Of a stretch of 64,000 nt of DNA, positions 1-12,369 are shown piece after piece. Made by a program: the position numbers and the translations under genes. Each line of letters opens with the position of its first letter. The stretch's first letter is position 1. Under the pieces are notes generated by a model, which ran no database searches, was not told where the DNA came from, and saw nothing but the letters and a program-made list of their open reading frames with translations. Location: NCBI RefSeq assembly GCF_006345805.1, contig NW_021832436.1:103522-167521 (forward strand). Reading direction: 5' to 3'. The stretch is from Octopus sinensis (lineage: Eukaryota).

Positions 1-99
1 AGAGATTGATTCTAACGGACCGAAGACTCCAGATGACTCCACAATAGGTGCACAACTATGGACTGTCCTTGACTCTGAAATATTTTAATTTTTAATTTT

Positions 100-425
100 T
101 TCGTAGTTCTGTGAAGCATATCCGTTGAGAGGAGGCTGAGGCGATCAGGTTTGTCTCTAGTAGGTGTCGTGCAAGCGCAGTCCAAACAAGCACTTTCCCG
201 TTGGTGTACGGGAAAATTGTTATCCCATCAGGTCTTTTCCGTCTGTGCGGATGAGACCAGGAGGCTCCAGCTGTGCCGGGAAACCAGCTGCATGCAAGCG
301 TTTCTTGACAATTAGTTCATTGCGTGATGTCTTGGAAACCGGCCTGCCACTCGTCTGCATGAGAGAGCGTGCCGTCCGAATTCGTCAACGGAAGCCCCGC
401 AACTACAGCGGTTGCTGGCGACATA
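100..425 (-). mobile_element. Degraded 3' fragment of a CRE-clade non-LTR retrotransposon (zinc knuckle + RLE)
   Basis: Minus strand reads CSCGASVDEFGRHALSCRRVAGRFPRH..LEPPGLIRTDGKRPDGITIFP, with frameshifts. Confidence 0.8.
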
Positions 426-865
426 TTCTAATTATAAACAAATTAAAATTATTCAATATCAAATAAGTAATTCATTTAAATTTCCAAGATTTTATGTAAC
501 AAATTTTTGCGTAAACCAGATGCGTATATTAAAATGAAAATTTTTTTGGTGGTCCTTTCAAAAACCGGTGAGATTTTATATTTCTATTAAAAATAGTCTG
601 CCGATTAAGGGTGAGTAAACCGATTTAAATTGATTATTTAATTTTTACATTTCGATTCTATGCACACCATTTTTCTATTAGAAAGATCAAACGAAAAAAG
701 AATGTGAATTTTCTTTTATCATTTATTGTCAACCCAGAATTTGAAGGTAAACTATTTCTCATTCGATAATTTCAATATTTTCGACCACGAATATACACCC
801 CCTGGTTTCTTGTTTCATTCTATACTATTTTCAAGTCAATTTGGCACTTATGAACCCCAAATTTA

Positions 866-2640
866 CAATTACAAATTTCAAATGTCATCTGGATAATTTA
901 ATTTGTCAATTATAAATTTCAAATGTCATCTGAAAAAATCAATTTGTCAATTATAAATTTCAAATAGAACTGCGTAATTAAAATGGGGAATAAGTTATAC
1001 ACGAATTAATAAAGAGCCTGGAGGTCAGCTCAAAGTCGCCGCACTGCGTATCGAGTGGCAGTTTCCGCGGAGCACTGCTGGAAGAGCCAGCTCGTCTCCC
1101 TCCCGTCGTTGGTCTTCTTGGCGATTCTCCTGGCAATGTCGGTAAGAAGGCGAGTCGCAGACCTGCCGACAATTCCAGATGTTTCGAAGGCGAGGGGGAC
1201 AAACTCGTAAGAGTCCGAAATATTTCCATACTTCGACCTCTTAGCCTCCTCAGCCTGAGCACTGGCGGAACCCGGGTTAGTGATGGACTTGAGTAACACC
1301 GACGCGGAGAACGAGTCAACACAAGTTGCGTCCCAAATCAGGGACTTGCCTTCCCTGAAAGGGAAGGTAGTCATCCCGTCAGGACGCTTTCCATCACTCC
1401 GGAGAGACCGACTGGCTCTAGAGTGGAGGGGAAACCTGCCGACTCTAGAGCCCTTTTCACGACATCATTGAGGTGAGTGTGGCGAGGAATTTTGCCAGCA
1501 CTCTTCTTGCACGAGAGGGCGTGCAAACCGTTCGGAGAGATCGTGGACCCGCACCGGCATGGGTGGGGCTGACAGATGTCCAGGCCCAAGCGTAAGCAGA
1601 CACCAATCCGTAAGGATTCGTCGTCCAAGAGATGTCCCGTACTAGGGGTAGGGAGTGCATTGAGCCAGTCTCCCGTATGCGGCTGGCAAGCGCAGTTGAG
1701 AGATGCCAGTTGGACTTGGTCCAACTTTGACCGGAGTTTGCACAGAGTGTCTGAGCAAAAGACTTCGTCCCAGTTCTTTTGGACTGAAGGGATCGTCGGA
1801 AAAACCAGACCGAGTGACGACCAAATGCGCGAGGCTGATGAGAATTCGGAAAGCTCGTTGAGTTCGAGAGAGGGAAAAAGAACCGAGCAGACCGAATTCC
1901 TGGATGCCGAGGTCGAAGAGAGATAGCAAGGCAAGGCTAGGTCCTTGCAGGAGCGAATCCCGATCCCCCCGAAACGTATAGGTAGGCACGCACGGGTAAG
2001 ACCGACGCCAGTGAGTCTCGTGTTGAGATGGGATACCAGCGAGGTGAGGATAAGATTGTCGATTGCGAGTAAAGCATCGGGAGCCACGAAACAAGGCGAA
2101 GAACGGAGGATGTATGTTAGCCTCGGGATAAAGAGGAAATTCCTCAGCAAGAAAAAAGCCATGTGCGAGTCAAGCCCGCGGATCCGCTCGGTAAGCAGCT
2201 TGATTTCTTCCAATTTAGACAATAAGCTCTTTAAGATTCCATGTTCGGAAATTGGTGACCCCAGAATAACTAGATCGTTGGTAGGTGTGAGCCTTAGCCC
2301 TGCAATCAGACCGCGTAGGGAAGAAGATGCCTGAGAAAGAGCCCCCGAGGATAACGAAATATTTACGAGTTCGCACTTACGACCATTCAAAGATAGACCG
2401 ATCTCCGCGAAATCAGACGTGATTTTGTTAATGTCATCTGAAAAAATCAATTTGTCAATTGTAAATTTCAAATGTCATCTGGATAATTCAATTTGTCAAT
2501 TATAAATTTCAAATGTCATCTGAAAAAATCAATTTGTCAATTATAAATTTCAAATGTCATCTGGATAATTCAATTTGTCGATTATAAACTTCAAATGTCA
2601 TCTGCAAAACTCAAATTTACAATTTTGAAATTCAAGTTTG
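866..2640 (+). repeat. 41-bp tandem repeat (AAATGTCATCTG(G/A)..CAATTTGTCAATTATAAATTTC), split by a CRE insertion into about 866-965 and 2429-2640
   Basis: Units start at 880, 921, 2429/2470, 2511, 2552 and 2593; GGATAATT and GAAAAAAT variants alternate. Confidence 0.9.
966..2428 (-). mobile_element. 5'-truncated CRE-clade retrotransposon (RT C-terminal half, CCHC, RLE)
   Basis: ORFs 1371-2471 and 1030-1374: LPIRFGGIGIR, CRCG..HALSC, RHTHLN, KRPDG/WDATC/PLAFETSG; 1-bp frameshifts. Confidence 0.9.
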
Positions 2641-2705
2641 CATTTTATCAAAATATTGAAAGTCAAGCCGTAGCTGCCAAATATATATAGAATTGAAAAA
2701 TAATT

Positions 2706-2736
2706 GGGTGGTCCGGAACATTTGCACGGTACTGTA
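2706..2736 (-). mobile_element. Possible Tc1/mariner-type terminus (TA-CAGTACCGTGCAAATGTTCCGG on the minus strand)
   Basis: Ends ...CACGGTACTG followed by TA; no partner TIR found in the window. Confidence 0.4.
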
Positions 2737-2768
2737 TACTAATCAACTATAAACTAATTGTAAACTAA

Positions 2769-5053
2769 TTGTCTAATTTGAGATCCAAGCACCCCAGTCC
2801 TCCAGTAAACTCCCGCACCCAACCCGCTGTCGATACGACCGCCCTTCCGCAACTGCTGGTTACCGCTTCACAGGTTGAGAAGGCACTGAAAAGTTTTTCC
2901 CCAAGCAGCAGTGGGGGTATAGATGGGCTGAAGCCTGGACACATTAAAGTTGACTTCACCTCTTACTGCTGAGGCAGGGCGTCTCCTCTTGGAATCTATC
3001 ACCAATCTCTGTAACCGTCTTATCGGTGGGAATTTACCGGATTTTGCCCGGGCGATTTTCTTCTCGGCTAATCTCACTGCTTTGGGCAAAAAAGATAACG
3101 GGGTCAGGCCGATCGCCGTGGGTAATGTTTTCCGCAGATTGGCCGGAAAGCTCGTTTGCCACGTTGTGATCCCCGAGTTGGTCCCGAAATTTTTGCCAGT
3201 CCAATTGGGCGTCGGCGTCAGTGGAGGGTGTGAATCGGCTGCCCATGCCGTAAGAGAACTTATGGATTCTTCATTGGAATATCTTTTAGTTAACTGGACA
3301 TATCAAATGCGTTTAACACAGTGAGACGGGATCATTTGCTCGAGACCTGCCTTTCTCTCGCCCCCTCCGCTTATCCTCTAGTCCACCTTTCGTACTCACA
3401 ACCCAGCCTCCTCCTGTTGGCGATTCCTTTATCGTCTGTCGACCGGAGTGCAACAGGGAGATCCCCTGGGGCCTTTCCTATTTGCTATGTGTGTCACTCC
3501 TCGCTCATTCTGTCCGCTCTCCGGTAAATATCTGGTACTTGGACGACGCGACGATTTGTGGACCTCCCCGCTCTGTCTTAGACGACCTGCGGAGCATTAT
3601 CCCGGCCCTTTCGTCCATCGGTCTGGAGATAAACTCAAGCAAGTCCGAAGTCCTAAACCTGAATATTCCTTCCGATTTTTTTGCCGAAACTCTGGACGCC
3701 CTGGAACCTATTCTAAAAGGCGCGCGGGTATCAGAAACAAAGGACCTTGTAATCCTTGGTTCGCCAATTGGCCACGAGGCTCTCTCACAAACGCTCATCG
3801 CCAAGGCAAGCAATCTGTCAAACATGATCGAACGGCTTTCCCTCATTGATGCCCACGTCGGGTTCTTTCTTCTGCGTAACTATTTCTCAACTCCGAGGCT
3901 TTTGTACACCCTAAGGAGTTCTCCTTGTTTTCGCATGCCTAATCTGTTATCCGATATCGATTCTATCTTGAAGTCTGGAGCCGAGTATCTGTGCAACATC
4001 CATTTCGACGCTCTGGGGTGGCTTCAATCTTCCCTGCCTGTTAATCTCGGGGGGATTGGCCTTCGTTCGCCCGTTTATCTGGCTCTTCCTGCCTTCCTCT
4101 CGTCCCTGGCATCATCCCGTGCCCTCACTGACATCGTTCTCAGAAACCTTCCCGAACGAAAAATGTCAGTTGATCACGTGGCCGCTCTGGACCTTTGGGA
4201 TTCATTGTACACACAAAGACCCAGTGACCCGTGTATCCAAGCTCAATGGGATGCCATTTCTTGTGAAGCTCTTGACGTACATCTACGCAAAAATTTCGAT
4301 CATCACAGACTTGCATGTCTCCGCGCAGGCTGCTGCACAGGGAGTGGGGCCTGGCTGGATGCTCTCCCTGTCCCTTCCACGGTAACCTACTAGACAAAGA
4401 TTGCCTACGAATTGGTTTATCATTGCGTCTTGGATTGGAAATCTGCGAAATACACAAATGTCGTTGTGGTGCTGTCATTGACCGTTTTGTCTACATCCCC
4501 TTTCCTGTCGTCGCAGTGCAGGGCGCGCACCACGCCATGCAGCACTTAACGACGTTATTCAGAGGGGGCTCACGGCCGCTGGGATCCCATCAATCCTCGA
4601 ACCCGTCGGGCTTGCGAGGGGAGACGGAAAAGACCCTACGGCCTATCGACTTTCCCGTTTGAGTTCGGCAAGTCTCTGTTATGGGATGCGACGTGTTCAG
4701 ACACTTTCTCGGAGCTCAACTTCCTTCTTCAGCTGTCGAGCCTGGCTCAGTCTCTCGCAAAACCGAGAAGATGAAGATTGGAAAGTACAAGGAGCTCTCT
4801 GAACGGTATCTGTTCACTCCCATCGCCGTCGAGACTTCCGGCGTCATCGGCGAAAATCTCTTTTTCCTTTCTAAAAAAACTTGGCCGCATGATCTCCCAT
4901 AAACGGGGAGACCCACGCGAGTCCAAGTGGCTTTTCGAAAGGATTTCCTTGGCCATAGTACGTGGAAACTGTGTTTCCATTTACGATGCCGGGAATTTAG
5001 TTAGTTAATAACTATTTGTTAATTACTAATATTATTATTAAAAAAAAAAAAAA
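2769..5053 (+). mobile_element. 5'-truncated CRE-clade retrotransposon with nearly complete RT, CCHC, RLE and poly(A)
   Basis: GVRPIAVG, QLGVG, QQGDPLGP, WYLDD, CRCG, RH, PIAVETSG, WLFERISLAIVRGN; A-tail 5040-5053; several 1-bp frameshifts. Confidence 0.92.
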
Positions 5054-5089
5054 ATTGTAATCATATTATGGGAAACAGAACAAATTTTA

Positions 5090-6100
5090 TTTGGTAAATT
5101 AAAAATCAAAAAGGTCTTCACCACGAGTAACTCGGGAATAATACCTTTCAACCCGGTTAACAAAAATCCCATTAATTTTTGTGGTGTTAGAACCTTTTTT
5201 GCCTCTCCTGCGATTCTTCCAACATTTTTAGCCTATATTCAGAAATTGAAGAACCATCCGAAGTTTTCTTATATTTGAGAATTATTGGCATCTTTTCTCT
5301 TAGCATTTTTTTACTTCTGCTTTGAAAGTACTCCAGGCTAATTCAATTGGGTTTAATAAGTAGGAATATGGAGCCAATGGTAAAAGTTCAATATTTTCTT
5401 CTTGATCAACAACTGATTCCAATTGATTGTGAACAGGTGCACTGTCAATTAAAGTGGGATCTTGTACGCCTGAAGGCCTGCATTCATTAATTAACTCTTT
5501 TATCCATTTTTTACAATCTTCTCCTCTGTAAGAACCTCTTTTGCATTGAAAATTAAACAATGTTGAAGCAGACATTGCATTTATACAATGTAAGTTAGAG
5601 CCTCTCAAATTTGGAGTAATGACAAAAGAACGAGATCCTATTTTTGATCGTCCTTCTTTTCTCTTACAATATAAATTAAAATTGGATTCATCGATCCAAA
5701 TTAAAGTTCTTCCAGCAGACCTTGCTTTAAACAAGCAATCCAAATAATATATTCTTTTTTCTTTATTTTCAGGTGAATTTACATTTGCAACTATTGGTCG
5801 ACAGGTTTTGAGAGAAATTAATTCCCCACCAAGCCAATTTTTTACTGTTATAACCGACACAGACATTGAATAATTATTTCGTATTTTCTCCGCACATTCT
5901 TTCAAAGTGATCTGAGGATCAGCTTCAATCCAACTGATTAATTTATTTATATTTATTTGATTTTTTTTGAATGTCTTTTACCTTCTCTTGGATGTCTTTC
6001 TTTATCTTTATTTTCAATCCAATGATAAGCTGTTCTCAAATTAACTCCAAGAGAGGAGCATAGAGACTGTCAATCGCCAAAATTTTCATATGCTTCAATT
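5090..6100 (-). pseudogene. IS630/Tc1-type (DDE_3) transposase remnant
   Basis: WIDESNF, IDSAPVH, YSYLLNPIELAW in ORF 5300-5905; premature stop; N-terminus degraded. Confidence 0.85.
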
Positions 6101-6103
6101 ATT

Positions 6104-7420
6104 TCAGATGACATTTAAAGTTTGTTATTGACAAGTTGAATTATGCAGATGACATTTGAAGTTTGTTATTGACAAATTGAATTATCCAGATGATATTTGA
6201 AATTTATAATTGACAAATTGATTTTTTCAGATGACATTTGAAATCTATAATTGACAAATTGATTTTTTCAGATGACGTTTGAAATTTACAATTGACAAAT
6301 TGATTTTTTCAGATGACATTTTTTTTTTGACAAACCAACCAATAACTACAAGTTAATTAATTAAAAGCTTCAAGGGCGGGAAGCCGACGCGATCGAGAAA
6401 GAGTTAGAGCGTACTATCGCAAGGGATATCCGCTCAAAAAACCATCTCGATTCGCGGGCGTCGCCTGTGATGGCAGACATGCGGGACCCGATCTCCTGAA
6501 CGAAGCTGATTGCCTTACTGCCCAAGGAACCGGAAGTCTCAACCGCGAATGGAAGGAATTGGAACTTTTCCGTAAGTGAGGAGTACTTCCGCATCTTTTT
6601 GCATTCCGCGGATGTGACAATAGATCCAGGAGCGGAGGCCGACATCAGCAGGTTCTGAGGCGAGAAAGAGTCCACACACGTGGCATCCCAGGTGAGAGGC
6701 TTCCCCCTGTTGAAAGGAAACACAGTGATCCCGTCAGGCCTTTTTCCGTCCCCCCGATCGATCCCAGTGGGTTCAAGCAGGGAGGGGATTCCGGCGACTT
6801 CCAGGGCTCTCCTGATAAGGTCGTTAAGAGCGGCGTGACGCGGAATGCGACCAGCACTGCGTCTACACGATAGAGCGTGCAATCCAAAGCGACAGATTTT
6901 CGCGCCACAGCGGCAGACATGTGGCTCGCATAGGCGAAGACCGAGACGTAAACAGATTCCAGTGCGTACGGACTCGCAGTCCAGGAGGTTCCCAATGCTC
7001 GGCAGTGGAGTGGCATTTAGCCAGGCTCCGCTGTGAGGGCGACATGCCGTCTCAAAGCAGGCCAAGCGGTGTTGGTCGAGAGATGTACGTAAAGATTGAT
7101 TCGGGATTGTAGGCGGACTTCGTCCCAAACAAATTGCTTATGCTGATCCTCTGGGATTTCCAGTCCTAGCGAGTGCCACTTTACGACCGCCGATGATAAC
7201 TCAGAGGGCACGTAATGTTCAAAATCGGTTGGAAGAACCGTGCCCATGAGTTTTCTGGCATGAAAAAGTGACGACATGTGGCAGGCAGTGCAACATCATT
7301 CGGGCACCGAATTCCAAGGCCTTCGTGGCGTACGTGGCGTAGATGACATTTGAAATTTATAATTGACAAATTGAATTATCTAGATGACATTTGAAGTTTG
7401 TAATTGTCAAATTGACTTGA
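6104..7420 (-). repeat. Second array of the same 41-bp repeat in opposite orientation, split by a CRE insertion into 6104-6320 and 7341-7420
   Basis: Repeated CAGATGACATTTGAAATTTATAATTGACAAATTG units. Confidence 0.9.
6321..7340 (-). mobile_element. 5'-truncated CRE-clade retrotransposon with poly(A) and ~11-bp TSD
   Basis: ORF 6370-7128 has CRCG..HALSC, GKRPDG, WDATC; T-run at 6319-6328; AGATGACATTT on both sides (6311 and 7341). Confidence 0.92.
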
Positions 7421-8179
7421 AAATGGTATAGATGTCTTTTTTACACAAGAAATGATGGTATTTGGAAAGAAATTCTGTGAATGATAAAATTTGATGAATT
7501 TTAAATATGTAAAGCCATTAATCGTCGGGGTTATACAACAACAATAAAACATTTTCTAGAGTTTTCCTTGTTCTTGAATCTCTCGTAATTTTTCGTAAAC
7601 AAAAATTATCTGGTCTTTCGTAGATGTTTCTAAATTAAATTTTTGACATATATTTTATTTTTAATGTTATCTACGTAATCAGATCTAATTAGATTGTAAC
7701 CATGTTTTGCTTACTGATATTGTGAGTAACCATTAGTCTCTCTTGCATGAACTCAGTTAACCAATTCCTTAAAACGCCACAAGACACTCTGACCAGCAAG
7801 TTGCGCTCAGTCACAAGGACAATTTCTGACGACATGCGTGAGTCTGAAGTACCTAATGTTGGGATTAACGATGCCTTGACAATGTAGATGTGCGCTAATA
7901 TTAAGCTTTATTATGTTTTCCGTTTATTCTTGAATATCTCTATCCTGCTGATTGCAAAAAAAAAATTCAATTTGAAAAAAGTCAATTATTTAAAAAACTG
8001 TTAAAAATTAAAAGTTATTATTATTGCTAAAAAGATACAATTTAAAGTAAACACAAACGACTTGACTTTTGATTTTACCAGACTTTTTTTCCACTTGACT
8101 TTCTTTTTGTACATCTTTGCATCATCCCTGGCCAATTCGGGGGATTTTAAAATAAAATGGAAACCTTATTAACTTTTCA

Positions 8180-9040
8180 GTGAGAGAAAAAAAGCGAATG
8201 AAGACCGATCTATTTTAAGGCAGAAATAAAAATTTTAATAGATTTTAACAGAAATCAGGAAATTCAGTCTAAGGGGAGCATTCACTCTTAGGAAATTCTT
8301 TTCAAATAAAGCGTTTGCTGAGCTACTAAAGAAGGTATTTAGCCAGCTATCCGAATATGGTGTAGCACTCGTCAATAAGCATACCTGTCTCTGCTAGTCA
8401 TAATTATCCAATAGGGTTCGCGTTTCACATACTTTCGTACCAGCATGATAATTTAGAGAAATTACAAAGTAAAACCAAAGTCGCCGTGCAATTTTCCAAG
8501 AGATTGCTTCTATGCTCTTCGAGTTTAAGTTTGGCGAGTTTTATCGGCCCACTTTCTTGGCGCAAAAAACAAGAATAAATATACCGGGAGGTAAGCACCA
8601 AGGTCGCCGAGAAGACCGGAATGTTTCTAATTAATGAAAATCATGCAACAGATATAATAAGTAAAAAAAATTCTGATAATCAAAAACTAAATCATTCGAC
8701 ATTTAAATTAAGCAAGCAATGCGACTGATACGCCGGTCACGTCATTCCTTGTGGAACGATATGGGACAAACAGGCCTTCAGCTAACAATTCTAACGACTT
8801 CCGAGCATGCCTGTTCTCTGGTCGAAGCCCAGAAGGAATTAAAGTACGCTCCTCCGCATGTGCTGAATTCGTCCCACTTGCGTTCGAGGCGAGAAGAGAA
8901 AGGGACGCTTGAAAAAGATCGGTGATGTGATTTCGAAATCAAATCTAGATAGGAGTGAAACGCTTTGGATTTTCTAGAAAATCTAAGTTATTCGTGGCAT
9001 GATCGATTTTCCACTTCTGTAATAAATCAATTAAATTGAT
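8180..9040 (-). CDS. Possible spliced gene of unknown function, divergent from CARNMT1
   Basis: Exon-like open stretches (KWKIDHATNNLDFLENPK; RRPWCLPPESGPIKLAKLKLEEHRSNLLENC) separated by GT-AG mini-intron candidates; no complete model built. Confidence 0.3.
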
Positions 9041-9106
9041 TTCCAATCATGACTATCGAGAGTCACTCATAATTATTGTAAAATTTACTTTAAAAAAATT
9101 AAAGTG

Positions 9107-10349
9107 ATGTCTAGTGAGGTGGTCGATTATTTGTGTATTACTTTGAAATCCTTTTACAACTACAAGTACAGGAATATAATGAATATTATTTTAGAAATTA
9201 TATGTTTAACAAAATTGCACTTATAGTTTCAAATTATGAAAGACTTTCAGATCGACACAAATCATATCTCCCAAATTTCAACACATATATCATCAAAATT
9301 AAAGATTTAGTCAATGAAAACTATACTTTCATAAAAAATGTGCTAACTTATTCTCAGCCATTTATCTACGATTTTCTGCCCGAGGATTCATCGAAGCAGT
9401 TTCTTTTGGAAAACGTGGCTTGAATATTATATTTAAAGTTACACGCTGCCAAAACACGTGAATACGAAATGGACAAATTGGTGTCAGTGTTGCGTCACAT
9501 TGTCCGCGATTGGGGGGTCGAAGGGGCACAGGAACGTTTCACGTGCTACAGTCCAATCATTGATCAAATTTCTGCATTTCTGCCTCCAAGCAAGTAAACC
9601 ATTTTGTGTAGAAGGTAGTTCTGTCAATGTATTGGTACCTGGAGCTGGGCTCGGGAGACTTGCCTGGGAGTTGGCCGCACTGGGGTATACATGTGAGGGG
9701 AATGAGCAGTCCCTCGACATGTTACTTATATCCCAATACATCATCAATAAGTCAATCTTGTCCTTTACTTAAAGTATCACTCGCGAAGAGTCGGTTGTGG
9801 TGTATCCGTGGGTTGGCGGTTTCAGCAATCGAATGGCCAACGAAGACCAACTCAGACCTTCCCGATTCCCCGACGTGTCGCCTTCTTCTCGGGAAATCAA
9901 CAACTTTTCGATGGTTGCTGGGGACTTTCTGAAAGTCTATAACAACCGAGGCTGGAAGTTTTGTTTAATGTGGTAGAACACTGGGATTGTGTTGTCACGT
10001 GTTTTTTTATTGATACTGCCCACAATGTAATGGACTATATTGACAAGATTTATGACATTCTGGTTCCTGGCGGACTTTGGATTAATTTAGGTTTTGGGTT
10101 GTTGAAACAGATAGGTCCCCTCCTCTACCATTATTCTGGCACTGATAATGTGATTGAGCTCAGTTATGAGGATATTCGTGCAGTAGTCGAGTCTATGTTT
10201 GCTTTCGAGGTGACAATGGGAGGTTCATGTTCTAGTATGAGCAGACTGACCTTCCTGGAATCTATGTCCATGATGACTACTCCATGCTTCACTACGCATA
10301 CAGGGTTGTCTTATTCGTTGCCAGAAAACAAACACCGCTGTCTTCTTGA
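9107..10349 (+). CDS. CARNMT1: Carnosine N-methyltransferase (N2227 family), 8 exons
   Basis: Spliced product has [43 protein letters not shown]; introns 24-29 nt. Confidence 0.92.
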
Positions 10350-10967
10350 TTGTTTGTCTTTTTATGAGAGTGATAGAATAAAATATACATCAATTTTGAT
10401 CTCAGATGAGAGTGAACTTGATAATAAGTTAAGCTGTTTTGTCTACATTGAAAAGCTTCCTCTGTGATTTTTAACCTTGGAAGTTTTAGTTTCCAATCAT
10501 GATAAGATCTCATTCTCGATCAGGGAAAGTCTTTTTTAGTAGCCACATAAACCTTTGGAGGGAGTAAAGAGCAGGATAATCATCAAGTTTGCCTTGAAAA
10601 CCACGCGATTTCATCTATTGAGTGGATTAAAAATTGTAAAAACTGGACGACGACACACTTTAATAGCCTGACTAGGCAAGGAAAGTAAGGGTGGCCTTGC
10701 TGGGAATTAAATTATATAATCGACGATAATTTATCAATAAAATTAGAATTCAAATTAATTGAATTTCCAAGGTTAGAATAAATCCATAAAATTTCCAAGT
10801 TTAAAAAGGTGAAAGAATATATTAGATTTGACATTCTCTGTAGCTGAAAAATGTTGTGTCATATTATAAAAAATAAAATATTCTGTTTCAGAAAAACGAT
10901 TTCTTCGTAAAATATCCGTGATAGTGAATTATATAAATATTTTTTCGTGAATTAGCGATTTTTATTA

Positions 10968-12039
10968 ATGTCATTGTATTTATTAGTGCCACTTTTAAAT
11001 TCATTCTTCTTTTTTATAAAAATTATTTGCTCAACAAGGGAAGCAATTTTTTTTCCAAATAACCCACTCGTCCCATCTTTAATTCTTGAAGAATGTCCAC
11101 TTTTAAAAATTGAGCGTATAATCAAAAATTTTGATTAATTAAGACGTGAATGCTAAGATGTCAACAAAAATGAAGATTGGCCACTCTCTATTTCAATGTA
11201 CACACAATGAAACAGTTATAATTTGGTATGAAGGTAGCAATCACTTGACGTACAAATAGCTCCTCCTATGGGAATTTATCATTTGAGTTCGGATTTTAAA
11301 TATAATGCCATTGAATTTCACAGATTGAAAAACAGTGATCTTGTTTCTAAAGAAAAAATATATATTGTAAACTTCATGCCTAAATTCTAGAGTTTTGGAC
11401 CGGGAATGTTTGGCGCACTTCAGAAAGATCGTTATTATTCTACTTCTATTTATAGCGAATTGGTAAAAGCTCGATATTTAGCTGTCGCAATGAAACAAAT
11501 GATTATATTCAGTTATTAAAGAAATATTATTTTAGAATTCAATTTCGTTGTTACCAATGTCATACTCATTCATGAAAAAAACAGTGTTATATTTAAAATT
11601 GTAACTACATCAAAAAAATACGCATCATGTGAAATATGTGTTATGGATTTATGCCAATTGACAATTAATGGTTTATCAAAATAATTTAGATTAAGATTCT
11701 GCTTGGTTTTACGCAAATAAGAAAGGAAAGCATACTGTAAATTTGACAATAACATACATTGAAGGTAATAAAGAAGTTTACATATTCGAATCTCATTTTG
11801 GAGGAACTACAAAAAAAGTAATTCTATTGTTTCAAAACATTAGGCGTTTCGATATAAAGTATTAATATCCTATATTCTTGGCTTTATATCTATTTTATTG
11901 TTCGGATGGCTGTTGAAAATATGTTTTGCAATATAAATTAATATTTTTAGATATCAAAACTCGAAATAAAAATAAAGTGTCAGAACAAAGTGAAGAAGAT
12001 GAGAAATCTCAGATTATAATTGAATACGGTGTTAACTAA
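10968..12039 (+). CDS. Orphan type I membrane glycoprotein, 296 aa, 8 exons
   Basis: Removing 7 GT-AG introns (11116-11143, 11234-11259, 11367-11390, 11512-11535, 11671-11695, 11818-11843, 11923-11950) gives a stop-free ORF with a hydrophobic N-terminus and a C-terminal TM helix. Confidence 0.85.
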
Positions 12040-12369
12040 TAGTTTTATTGTTAAACTAGTTTATTTAATTTTCATTTTAGGCTAATTAGCAACCTTTTTA
12101 AATAAGTTTTATAATTTTTAATGAAAAGGGTGACCGGCGACCCGTGTGAACATCGGTATTTAACCGAACGAATATCTATAGCCATATTCAGAGGCAATAC
12201 TCTGGCTATCTGTCAATGAAAATTTTTCTCTAGTCCTTTATTAATAAGGGTTTATTTCCTAAAAAAATTTTTTTAATTCAATTGAACCAAATACCTAAAA
12301 AACATAACCATCACTTCATTTAGCAAGGAAAACTAGTCATACATTCAAGCTGCTATTTCACATTCGGAC

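Noticed and set aside
164-7369. Many short antisense or alternative-frame ORFs over the CRE elements
   Set aside because: They are shadow ORFs of GC-rich retrotransposon sequence.
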